Source: an uncultured Chloracidobacterium sp.
GTDB lineage: Bacteria; Acidobacteriota; Blastocatellia; Pyrinomonadales; Pyrinomonadaceae
Length of the DNA: 25,757 nt
Direction of reading: 5' to 3'
Assembly (NCBI GenBank): GCA_964568325.1
Contig: CAZMQR010000001.1
Coordinates: 1 to 25,757, forward strand
The position numbers and the translations under genes are program-made. The stretch's first letter is position 1; each line of letters opens with the position of its first letter. Shown here piece by piece: positions 16,851 through 25,607 of the stretch. The notes beneath the pieces were generated by a model. That model made no database searches and was not told the DNA's origin. It saw nothing but the letters and a program-made list of their open reading frames with translations.

Positions 16851-17121
16851 TTTTTTTCAAAACTCGGCGGGGCAGCGGGGAAAATGGGGCTAAGTGTTGA
16901 AAACACAGACAGTTATTTGTCCCACTCGGCAGCGGGACAGCAGTGGGACACGCCACTCGCTGCGCCCCGGCAAATACGATCCAAGGTTCGAGGAATTCGG
17001 GCGGGTGAAAGATCATGTTATTTTTTTCAAAATCCGGCAAAACAGCCCCGGAAACCAGCGTAAGTTGTTGAGATCACAGCCACTTAATTGTCCCAGAGGG
17101 GCAGCGGGACACGGTGGGACA
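16851..17121. repeat. two imperfect ~100-bp direct repeats with 170-bp period and internal inverted repeats
   Basis: Both 16851-16950 and 17021-17121 read TTTTTTTCAAAA..CGGC..CAGC..TAAGT(T)GTTGA..CACAG..TTA(T/A)TTGTCCCA..GCAGCGGGACA..GTGGGACA. Confidence 0.85.
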
Positions 17122-17243
17122 GGCGATTCGGGCCGCAGACGCTAAATGATGCAAACATTGATGTTATGCAAAACACTAAATGTAGATGGTTCCGGTGGGA
17201 AACGAAACATCTCGCCAGCCGGTACACACCGATCACGGACGGG

Positions 17244-17272
17244 CTGACTTAAACGGGTTTTTTCTGTATTCT
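17244..17272 (+). promoter_or_regulatory. putative promoter for a leaderless E2 transcript
   Basis: CTGACT, 17 nt, TATTCT ending 8 nt before ATG 17281; no SD. Confidence 0.5.
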
Positions 17273-17280
17273 GTTTGTTT

Positions 17281-19101
17281 ATGAGCGTTGATGTCGTAAT
17301 GCCTCAGATGGGCGAATCGATAACCGAGGGCACTGTTTCCAAATGGCTGAAACAGGTGGGCGACCGTGTCGAGAAGGACGAAGCCATCCTTGAGATCTCG
17401 ACCGATAAGGTAGATGCCGAGGTCCCAAGCCCCGGCGCAGGCGTCCTTCTTGCGATAAACACCGCGGAAGGCGAAACCGTCGAGGTCGGGACGGTCGTCG
17501 CAGTGATCGGTGACGCAGGAGAGGTTCCAGCCGCAGCACCACCTACCGGGCAGGCCTCCGAGTTAGCCTCGAACGCCAGTGAAATGACAGGTCTGGAAGG
17601 TCCCGCTCAACCTCAACCGGTCTCGACGGAGATGCCCGATTCAACGTCAGCGGGGGCAAGAGCGCCTTCCGGACTGCAAGTTGCTGACGCGACGCCGGCA
17701 GCTGCGCCATCGGCAAATGCGACAGAGGTCATCATGCCCCAAATGGGAGAGTCCATTACCGAGGGCACTGTCTCGAAATGGCTTAGAAAGGTCGGTGATG
17801 ATATCGCAAAAGACGAGGCGCTGCTTGAAATATCGACCGACAAGGTCGATGCCGAGGTGCCAAGCCCGGCCGGCGGCAAATTGCTTTCGATAAACGTGAA
17901 CGAAGGTGAGACCGTCGAGGTCGGAGCCGTACTTGCATTGGTTGGTGCTGCTGGTTCCGTCGCACAGCCGACTCAACCTAAGCAAAATGAAGGTCAGGAA
18001 GGCGGGCTTGGCCCCGCCCAAGCTACGCCGGCGTCAGGTCAGGAGCAAACCTCTGCCGTCGCACCGGTTCTGGCCAAAGCAGCCGCTGCAACCGCCGGTA
18101 ACGGCAATGCAACGGTCGATGAACTTCGCCGTCAAAGGTCCAGCCCGCTCGTTCGCAAGATTGCGGCCGAGCACGGCATCGATATCACGCGAATTCCGGG
18201 CAGCGGCATCAGCGGCCGCGTTACAAAGCACGACATTTTGAGCTTTATTGAAACCGGTGCAGCCCTGAGGCCGCAGGATCTGCTTGTAAAAGGAGCGGCC
18301 TCAGTTCCGACTTCCGAACCGCAAGTGCCGAGTTCAAAAACCGAAAGCCAAAAACCCAAAACCGCTTTTGCGGCTCCGCCGCCGATCGCAACTTCGATGG
18401 AGGACCGCATCGAGAAGATGTCGGTAATGCGGAAGAAGATCGCCGAGCATATGACGTTCTCAAAACAGACGTCAGCCCACGTGACCAGCGTTTACGAGAT
18501 CGACATGACGAACGTGGCCAAGTTTCGCAAGGCGAATCAGGATGGGTTTCAGGCAAAGTTCGGCACAAAGCTGACCTTTATGCCGTTCATCTTTCAGGCC
18601 GTGACGGCAGCGATACGCGAGCATCGAATCGTAAATTCGCAGGTCGATGGCGATAACATTATTTACAAGGGCGACATCAATCTCGGCATGGCCGTCGCCC
18701 TCGATTGGGGCCTGATCGTGCCGGTGATCAAAAATGCCGAGACGATGTCGCTGTCCGAGATCGCGGTCAAAGCCAACGACCTCGCCGACCGCGCCCGCGG
18801 CAAAAAACTCAATCCCGACGAGGTGCAGGGCGGAACGTTTACGATAACGAATCCCGGCGTGTTTGGCGGCCTCTTTGGAACGCCGATCATCAACCAACCG
18901 CAAGTGGCGATACTTTGCGTCGGAACGATCGAAAAGCGTCCAAAGGTGATGACATCACCAGACGGAGACGATTACATCGCGGTAAGGCAGATGGCCTATT
19001 TTGCGCTGACCTATGATCATCGCGTGGTTGACGGGGCAGACGCAGAGAAGTTCCTGGCGTATCTCAAGCGATATCTTGAGAATGCGCCGTTTGCAATCTG
19101 A
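17281..19101 (+). CDS. 2-oxo-acid dehydrogenase E2, dihydrolipoamide acyltransferase with two lipoyl domains (SucB/DlaT-like)
   Basis: Two STDKVDAEVPSP lipoyl domains, an SSPLVRKIA E3-binding domain and catalytic LTYDHRVVDGA; the substrate cannot be fixed from sequence. Confidence 0.93.
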   Translation: MSVDVVMPQMGESITEGTVSKWLKQVGDRVEKDEAILEISTDKVDAEVPSPGAGVLLAINTAEGETVEVGTVVAVIGDAGEVPAAAPPTGQASELASNASEMTGLEGPAQPQPVSTEMPDSTSAGARAPSGLQVADATPAAAPSANATEVIMPQMGESITEGTVSKWLRKVGDDIAKDEALLEISTDKVDAEVPSPAGGKLLSINVNEGETVEVGAVLALVGAAGSVAQPTQPKQNEGQEGGLGPAQATPASGQEQTSAVAPVLAKAAAATAGNGNATVDELRRQRSSPLVRKIAAEHGIDITRIPGSGISGRVTKHDILSFIETGAALRPQDLLVKGAASVPTSEPQVPSSKTESQKPKTAFAAPPPIATSMEDRIEKMSVMRKKIAEHMTFSKQTSAHVTSVYEIDMTNVAKFRKANQDGFQAKFGTKLTFMPFIFQAVTAAIREHRIVNSQVDGDNIIYKGDINLGMAVALDWGLIVPVIKNAETMSLSEIAVKANDLADRARGKKLNPDEVQGGTFTITNPGVFGGLFGTPIINQPQVAILCVGTIEKRPKVMTSPDGDDYIAVRQMAYFALTYDHRVVDGADAEKFLAYLKRYLENAPFAI

Positions 19102-19256
19102 GCAAGATCTCGTGTTCCAGGCGTTGAGCAGATGGAGTATACTCAAAATGTTGGCTTGTCCCTCCCGCGGTATTTGACCTTTGTACTGCAACCCGCGCTG
19201 ACGATTTCACGTCAAACACGTCGGCTTGTCTCTATTTTTTCCTCGAGGAGTTGATT

Positions 19257-20213
19257 ATGTATAGAAAGATTTCGGTTCTGCTACTGACCGTTGCCTTCTC
19301 TGGTTTGAGCCTGTTTGCCCAGGACACACAGCTTCGAACGGCCGTTGCGGGCCAGAAGTACAAGATCAAGGGCAACATCATCTCAAAGGAGAATGACACA
19401 ACATTCATTGTCCGGGATTCGACGAACGTCGACACACGACTCGTGATCACACCTAACGCGAGCATTAAGAGCAAGAGCTTCTGGGGCGGCGACAGGTATC
19501 CGCTTACCTCGCTCGTGCGCGGTGCCACGATCGAGACCGAGGGCGTCGGCGACAGCAGCGGAAGCGTCTCGGTAAGCAAGGTGCGTTTTGATAAAGATTC
19601 GCTTGAGACCGCACGCGCCATCGATGCCCGCACTTCGCCCATCGAAGACCGCGCGACCGCGATGGAGCAGAATCAGCAGCGGCTTTCCGGCCAGATCGAC
19701 GAATTGATGGCAATTTCCAATGCTGCGAAGGGTGGTGCTAAGGCAGCCCAGGACACTGCGGATGCCGCTGTCGCGGGCGTTAACGCCACGAACAAGCGGA
19801 TCACGGACCTCGATGATTTCGTCGTGCAATCGACTACGACCGTGAACTTTAGGGTCAATAGCTCGGTCCTGTCGAGTGAAGCAAAGGCGTCGCTGGACCA
19901 GATGGCGGCAACCGCGATGACCATGAAGGGTTATGCCGTAGAGGTCACCGGTTTTGCGTCCGCAGAGGGCGGCACTGCAAAGAACAAGGCCCTCAGCCAG
20001 CGGCGTGCTCAGGCCGTGAAAGACTATTTGATCGAGATCCACAATGTGCCGCTCCGCCGATTTGTTGAATCCTATGGCTTTGGCGAACTCCAGGCCGTCG
20101 CCGACAATTCGACGCGCGAGGGCCGCGAGCAGAATCGCCGTGTCGAGGTAAAGCTCCTCGTCAGCCGCGGCATCAACACCAACGTCGAGGTAAAGGCACA
20201 GCCGAACGAATAG
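19257..20213 (+). CDS. OmpA-family protein with signal peptide
   Basis: GFAS...NKALSQRRAQAV...NRRVEV peptidoglycan-binding domain after a coiled segment; GAGGAG SD. Confidence 0.9.
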   Translation: MYRKISVLLLTVAFSGLSLFAQDTQLRTAVAGQKYKIKGNIISKENDTTFIVRDSTNVDTRLVITPNASIKSKSFWGGDRYPLTSLVRGATIETEGVGDSSGSVSVSKVRFDKDSLETARAIDARTSPIEDRATAMEQNQQRLSGQIDELMAISNAAKGGAKAAQDTADAAVAGVNATNKRITDLDDFVVQSTTTVNFRVNSSVLSSEAKASLDQMAATAMTMKGYAVEVTGFASAEGGTAKNKALSQRRAQAVKDYLIEIHNVPLRRFVESYGFGELQAVADNSTREGREQNRRVEVKLLVSRGINTNVEVKAQPNE

Positions 20214-20293
20214 TTGTCAGTTGATTGTTAGGGCATTAGATGAGCGAGGCCGATCTCACACTCGCTTCTGAAGATGCCCTTTCCTTTTGCGAA

Positions 20294-21397
20294 ATGAAGG
20301 TGCCAGCGCGCAGATACCTTGTGCTCATCTCAACGCTCTTTGGAGCGTTGGCGATGGCCGCATCTGCTCAAACCCCGACGCCAAGGCCGACGCCGGACGA
20401 TGACGTTATCAAGGTCTCATCGCGGTTGGTCGTGGTTCCGGTTTCGGTCACAGACAACAACGGCGATCCGGTCGCCGGCCTGACAGCGACAGATTTTCGC
20501 GTCTCGGAAGAAGGCCGGCGGCAATCGGTCGAGAGCGTCGGCAGCGCGGACGTGGTGCCGCTTGAGATCGCACTCCTCTTTGACATATCGGCCAGCACGG
20601 ACGCGATGTTTCGCTTTGAGCAAGAGACGGCGGCCAGGTTCCTCCGCGATGTGATGAGACAGAATGACCGGGCTACGGTCTTTACGGTTGGCGAACGCGG
20701 CGTGCTTGTTCAATCGAGAGATACATCCGAACGGTCGATCGCGAGCATTAGGGCCATCATGCCGACGAAGGAACAGACGGCCTTTTATGACGCGGTCCGT
20801 TTCGCTGCAGAACACTTAAGGCGAAACGCCCCCGACGGCGTTCGCAAGGTAATGGTCATCATCTCCGACGGCGAAGACACAAACAGCGAAGGCGTGATCC
20901 GAGCTATCTGGAACGCCGAACGAAAAATCACCGACGACGTTCAGGGCGAGAAGCTTCGGGACCTGCGCGTGAGGGCCCGCGATGGAGCAAAGTTGGCGGA
21001 ACAGGCACGTGTCGTCAGGAGCCTGCAAGACGCCGATGCCGTCTTCTATTCGATCAATCCTGCGGGAAGTTCATTTCGATTGAACAAGATGAGCGTGTTT
21101 GGCCAGCAGAATATGGAGCGTTTTGCTAAGGAGACCGGTGGCTCGGCATTCCTCCCGAGCTTCCTGCCGATCGATACAAAAGACGGCTACCTCAACGACA
21201 ATAATTCGCGGAAGAATCAGGAGCTTCTCGACCGCATTTTTCGCCAACTGGCAAACGAACTGAGGGCCCAATACTTGATCCAGTATTACTCCGAAGCCGA
21301 GTTTCCGGCGAATCGCTTCGTCAAGGTTGATATCGATGTGCCAGGCCGCTCCGGATCGCGCGTCCGGTCGCGTGAGGGATACTTCGTCAAGAACTAG
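20294..21397 (+). CDS. secreted VWA-domain protein (acidobacterial VWFA type)
   Basis: MIDAS DISAS, TAFYDAV and ISDGED; signal peptide then PTPRPTP linker; start could be 20240. Confidence 0.88.
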   Translation: MKVPARRYLVLISTLFGALAMAASAQTPTPRPTPDDDVIKVSSRLVVVPVSVTDNNGDPVAGLTATDFRVSEEGRRQSVESVGSADVVPLEIALLFDISASTDAMFRFEQETAARFLRDVMRQNDRATVFTVGERGVLVQSRDTSERSIASIRAIMPTKEQTAFYDAVRFAAEHLRRNAPDGVRKVMVIISDGEDTNSEGVIRAIWNAERKITDDVQGEKLRDLRVRARDGAKLAEQARVVRSLQDADAVFYSINPAGSSFRLNKMSVFGQQNMERFAKETGGSAFLPSFLPIDTKDGYLNDNNSRKNQELLDRIFRQLANELRAQYLIQYYSEAEFPANRFVKVDIDVPGRSGSRVRSREGYFVKN

Positions 21398-21981
21398 CCG
21401 TCCTTTCGGCCGACCGTCTCGAGCGCCATCGCACGCCGCTTCCCGGCCTCGAATTTCGTCCTCGGCGTCGCGTCCTGCGGAAGCGCGACGTTGCCCTGGA
21501 TCGCGTTTGTATTGTTGACCTTGCCCTTGGCCTCGGTGTTCTTATTTTTCGGCGGCATCGCGATCGCGCCCATCAGCCGCTCAGGCGTTGGCGTCGGGAA
21601 CGGAAACCTCAGATCGCCGATCGTCGGCTTGCTCTTTGAAAACAGCGAAACGAACAGCACGCCGGTGAACAGAGCAGTTATCAGCGACGCGATAGCCGTC
21701 GCATACAGCCTCGTCCGCTGTTTAACCTTCGCCCATCCTACCGGGCAATCGGCCGTGATAACACTTCCGTCGGCACGCCTGTAATAGCGAACACAAAGCC
21801 GGCCTTCGTGGTTTGTAACGAGTTGCTCCGCCTCGTCACGGGTCATCCCTGAAAGGTTGTAAACCGTAAGCTTGCAATCTCCACAGAAGCGCTTGCGGTC
21901 GTCGCCATACATCTCATTCCAGTCCGCCGAGCACGGGCTGGCGATATTGATATTGTTCAAAGGGCTGTTAAATCTTGTCAT
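21394..21981 (-). CDS. hypothetical protein with Cys-rich N-terminal domain and one TM helix
   Basis: SPCSADW..M.GDD..RFCGDC...RLCVR...DCPVG followed by a hydrophobic helix; GGAG SD. Confidence 0.8.
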   Translation of the reverse strand: MTRFNSPLNNINIASPCSADWNEMYGDDRKRFCGDCKLTVYNLSGMTRDEAEQLVTNHEGRLCVRYYRRADGSVITADCPVGWAKVKQRTRLYATAIASLITALFTGVLFVSLFSKSKPTIGDLRFPFPTPTPERLMGAIAMPPKNKNTEAKGKVNNTNAIQGNVALPQDATPRTKFEAGKRRAMALETVGRKDG

Positions 21982-22061
21982 AATCGCTCCGCTCTTCTCA
22001 AGAATTCAGCAATGCGCTGATGTTGAAGGAACGAAGCTGCAAGGATTACTTGCACGTTTTA

Positions 22062-23723
22062 TTACGGATGATGACGACGATATCTGTGGGTGATCGGCCG
22101 CCTCCGTCCGACGCCGATGGCGTTCTTTGAGATGATGAGCGTCGGTGGCAATTGCTGTCGTTTGAACTCGTTCGCAGGGTGCTCGACCTTGTTGAGAATG
22201 CCGTAAACCAGGTCGGCATCGTTGCCCGCGGCGATGATCTCGGCGGGCGAGGATTTTTGCTCGAAGTACATCTTGAGAACCGGATCCATTGTCTCGTACG
22301 CCGGCAGGCTGTCCTGGTCGAATTGATTTGGAGCAAGCTCGGCCGACGGCTTCTTGTCGATTATCTTCTTGGGGATGATCTCGCGGCCGGCCTTTTCGTT
22401 CATGTGCCGGGCGATCTGCCAGACCTCTGTTTTTAGCACGTCGCCGAGCACGGCGAGACCGCCGTTTGTGTCGCCATAGAGCGTGCAATAACCGACGGCA
22501 AGTTCGCTTTTGTTGCCGGTCGATAGAAGCAATCGACGTTCGGCATTCGAGATCGCCATAAGGATTACGCCGCGAAGACGCGACTGCATATTCTCAGCCG
22601 CAAGCGATTCGCCGCCTTTTGTCGGCTTGTGCAAATTGGTTTGTTTTAGCAGCACTTCGAAGGCATCCGAGATCGGTTCGATACGACTTTCGCAGCCGAG
22701 ATTGCGGACAAGTTCCTCGCTGTCCTTGATGCTGCCCTCAGACGAGAATGGCGATGGCATCATGACACAGAGCAGGTTTTCCGGGCCGATCGCCTCGGCC
22801 GCAAGTGCCGCTACCAAGGCCGAATCGATGCCGCCCGATAGTCCAAGAACGGTCTTCGTAAAGCCGTTCTTTCGGGCATAATCCCTTATTCCCAAAACCA
22901 ATGCCCGATGGATCGAATCGATCTCGCCGCCCGTGATGCCGCGCGCGTCGGGCTTGCGGCAGTCTAGCTCGACAGTCTCGACAAACTCTTCAAAAGCAGC
23001 CGCCTGCAGGATGATATCGCCCTCTTCGTCAGCGATCAGGCTGGCGCCGTCAAAGATGATGCCGTCGTTGCCACCTACGAGATTCACGAAAACGATCGGC
23101 TTCTTCTGCAGCTTGGCTCGATGCGCGACCATGTCGCCGCGAAGCTTGATCTTGCCCTTGTTATACGGCGAAGCGTTGACCGATATGATCACGTCGGCTC
23201 CCATCGCGATGACCTCGTCGGTCGGGTCGTGTTCATACAAACGCTCACGCCAGAAGGTCTTGTCGTTCCAAAAATCCTCGCAAACGACAACGCCGAGTTT
23301 GACGCCATTGACCTCGAAGATGCTGCGATGATCGCCCGGCTCGAAGTATCTCGGATCGTCAAACACGTCATACTCGGGCAGCAGCGATTTGTCGGCATAG
23401 CCCAGCAAACTGCCATTAGAGATAACGGCTGCGGTGTTGTAAAGCCTCCGCCCATCAGCGTCTTCATTACGACGAACCGTGCCGACTACGGCCGTAATTC
23501 CCTCAGTAACCGGGATGATACTCTCGAGCGGTTCGGCGACATGTTCAATGATATCCGCGTCCTGAAACCAGTCCTGCGATGTATATCCGTGAGTGCAGAC
23601 CTCAGGAAAGACAACTACGTCAGAACCGTCAGCCTTGGCCCTTGCGATCGCCTGAATGATCTTGGAAGTGTTGCCCTCGAGGTCGCCGTTAGTGGTGTTG
23701 ATCTGGGCGATCGTTACTCTCAT
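22062..23723 (-). CDS. nadE: glutamine-dependent NAD+ synthetase
   Basis: Nitrilase-type domain (FPE, DKSLLP, VCEDFW) plus GLSGGIDS and TGNKSE in the synthetase domain. Confidence 0.95.
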   Translation of the reverse strand: MRVTIAQINTTNGDLEGNTSKIIQAIARAKADGSDVVVFPEVCTHGYTSQDWFQDADIIEHVAEPLESIIPVTEGITAVVGTVRRNEDADGRRLYNTAAVISNGSLLGYADKSLLPEYDVFDDPRYFEPGDHRSIFEVNGVKLGVVVCEDFWNDKTFWRERLYEHDPTDEVIAMGADVIISVNASPYNKGKIKLRGDMVAHRAKLQKKPIVFVNLVGGNDGIIFDGASLIADEEGDIILQAAAFEEFVETVELDCRKPDARGITGGEIDSIHRALVLGIRDYARKNGFTKTVLGLSGGIDSALVAALAAEAIGPENLLCVMMPSPFSSEGSIKDSEELVRNLGCESRIEPISDAFEVLLKQTNLHKPTKGGESLAAENMQSRLRGVILMAISNAERRLLLSTGNKSELAVGYCTLYGDTNGGLAVLGDVLKTEVWQIARHMNEKAGREIIPKKIIDKKPSAELAPNQFDQDSLPAYETMDPVLKMYFEQKSSPAEIIAAGNDADLVYGILNKVEHPANEFKRQQLPPTLIISKNAIGVGRRRPITHRYRRHHP

Positions 23724-23731
23724 CCGAATGT

Positions 23732-24532
23732 TCAGGTGGCCTGCTCCTCCGGCTTGGGTGCTTTCTTAACCATCGTCAATCGGTTGCCGCGGTCGTTGTA
23801 CACTACCTCATCCATTATGTTGTAGATGAACAGGACGCCGCGGCCGCTGGTCTTGAAGAGATTCCCCGGATCGAGCGGATCAGGGATCGCATTGACATCA
23901 AACCCTTCGCCTTCGTCCTCGATAGTGAATTTGGCTTCGTCTCGTGATATGTCAGCCGAGATTCGAACAAGCTTACCGGCATCAAATTTGTTCCCATGCT
24001 TGACCGCATTAACGAAAGCCTCATCAAGGGCAACGAAGAGATTCGACTGTTCGGGCTTGCACACGCCAAGCTTTTCGACACGCTTCATCAGGTATTCGAG
24101 CACGATATGCATCAGCGAGATCACGCTTGGCAGTTCAAAAACAATCTGTTCATGCAGCTCCTGAACGAGTTCGGCCGTATCAACGTGGCGGATCTTATAG
24201 TCAAGTATGGTGGCCACCATCGCCTGAAGCTCTTCCTCATCGAGGGGATCACGGCGAAAATTTCCGGCACCGAGCTTAAAGGCCTTTATGTGTTCACTGC
24301 CTTGCGTGGGACCCGACAGACAGAATCCCGACGCGTCGCTTACACACGTCGGATCACCCGGCCGCAGATCGAGATCGGTAATCACGAGATCAAACGGATC
24401 GAAGGTGCCGATCGCCATTGCCTCAACGCGATCATTGACTATCCGAACGGCGTGGCCCGCGTGGACAAAGACCTCCTCAAGCGCTGTGGCGAGGTCATCA
24501 TGATCGTCGATGATCAGTATTTGTCGGTGCAT
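23732..24532 (-). CDS. receiver-like domain fused to an RsbW-type HATPase (anti-sigma factor/Ser kinase)
   Basis: ILIIDD and LVITDL at the N-terminus; DEAFVNAVKHGN, DEGEGFD and GRGV at the C-terminus; start 24532 or 24556. Confidence 0.8.
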   Translation of the reverse strand: MHRQILIIDDHDDLATALEEVFVHAGHAVRIVNDRVEAMAIGTFDPFDLVITDLDLRPGDPTCVSDASGFCLSGPTQGSEHIKAFKLGAGNFRRDPLDEEELQAMVATILDYKIRHVDTAELVQELHEQIVFELPSVISLMHIVLEYLMKRVEKLGVCKPEQSNLFVALDEAFVNAVKHGNKFDAGKLVRISADISRDEAKFTIEDEGEGFDVNAIPDPLDPGNLFKTSGRGVLFIYNIMDEVVYNDRGNRLTMVKKAPKPEEQAT

Positions 24533-24615
24533 AAAAGCGGCGGGCCCGCTGTTCAAAACTAACGAGCCGTATGCTGCCGTTGTTGCAAATAATAACGCAT
24601 CGATGCCCGCACCAT

Positions 24616-25572
24616 CTAGCCATCAGCCGCCTCGTTTGACTCCGATGAAGGCGCGCCCGCCGTGAAATTCGCCGCTAGAAGAACGTAGCTGATCCATATT
24701 AGGTCAGCCAGCAGCAGGTGGCCGAGTTGCATAATGATCGGTGCAAGCATCAATAATGTTGCCGAACCAAAGGCTATCTGCGCCAGGACAAGAATGGCCA
24801 GGACGTTTGACCAGCGTTTGACACCGGTCTCGCTGCCAGCCTGCGCGGCGAGCCAGCCCGTCAGAAAGATCAGAAAGACGCTCGTCAGTATTGCGGTTAT
24901 TGGGTGCAAAAGCCTTAGCCGGAGCAGATAATTTGATGCCGGCGAAAAGTCCTTCCCAATACCCTCAGCCAATGTTCCCGATGGAAACACCATGTGAGCA
25001 AGCGCGGCTATCGAGCCGGTAATGCCGACTATGAATATTGCCGCAATGCCGACGGCGATCGCCGCCTTATATTTGCCGGCCACGGGTTGCCGCAGTGGTT
25101 CACCGCAGCATGCATACCTGGCCGTAAGCGTAAGAAAGGCCAGCAGGATGAATGTATTGATCAGATGTCCCGCCATCCAGAACGGTCTCGCTGCCGTCAG
25201 TGCCCCGGCCGTGTTGCCCGTGAGCACCAAGCCTGCTCCGACGAGGGCCTCGGTGACGATAAAGATGAACGAGACGAATGCCGTCCGCCGAACCCTGCTT
25301 CCTCGCTGGAAGCTCCTAAATGCCCAGATGACCAAGACGAGCACTGCGACAAACGCGAGAAAGCTCGTGATACGATGCGAGTATTCGATCACCGTCTTAA
25401 GCTCCGGCGCCGATGGGATCACCTCACCCTGGCAGGTAAGCCAATGCTGGCCGCAGCCGTCGCCCGATTTTGACGCTCTCAGGAACACGCCCCACAGGAT
25501 CACGACGAGGTTCCACCCGAGGGTAAACCATGCATATTTGGCAAAGCTGGTGAGCTTTCTATTGCTGTCCAT
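24616..25572 (-). CDS. ctaA: heme A synthase (COX15/CtaA)
   Basis: Eight-helix hydrophobic pattern; GCGQHWLTCQG Cys loop, EYSHR and conserved His in helices. Confidence 0.88.
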   Translation of the reverse strand: MDSNRKLTSFAKYAWFTLGWNLVVILWGVFLRASKSGDGCGQHWLTCQGEVIPSAPELKTVIEYSHRITSFLAFVAVLVLVIWAFRSFQRGSRVRRTAFVSFIFIVTEALVGAGLVLTGNTAGALTAARPFWMAGHLINTFILLAFLTLTARYACCGEPLRQPVAGKYKAAIAVGIAAIFIVGITGSIAALAHMVFPSGTLAEGIGKDFSPASNYLLRLRLLHPITAILTSVFLIFLTGWLAAQAGSETGVKRWSNVLAILVLAQIAFGSATLLMLAPIIMQLGHLLLADLIWISYVLLAANFTAGAPSSESNEAADG

Positions 25573-25578
25573 TTTGCT

Positions 25579-25588
25579 TAGAATAGCA
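25579..25588. promoter_or_regulatory. overlapping divergent -10 elements
   Basis: Minus strand TGcTATTCT ends 7 nt before the ctaA ATG; plus strand TAGAAT at 25579-25584 precedes the gene at 25608. Confidence 0.5.
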
Positions 25589-25607
25589 CTTTCGTTCGGC
25601 TGAGATA

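Noticed and set aside
16797-17063. 88-aa ORF (and ORFs 16894-17145, 16618-17040) across the repeat region
   Set aside because: No SD or motif, and repeat unit 1 needs single-base gaps to align with unit 2, so the repeat is not frame-preserving; more likely non-coding, though untested.
16851-17121. CRISPR array
   Set aside because: Only two long, degenerate units with no identical 23-47-bp repeats and no cas genes.
17500-18400. Internal DNA repeat in the E2 gene
   Set aside because: The similarity between 17281-17510 and about 17725-17950 is the expected duplicated lipoyl domain, and the Ala/Pro-rich stretches are normal linkers.
19135-19144. GAGTATACTC palindrome resembling the ArsR operator half-site, upstream of the OmpA gene
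   Set aside because: Only 10 bp with different symmetry and spacing from the operator; chance cannot be excluded.
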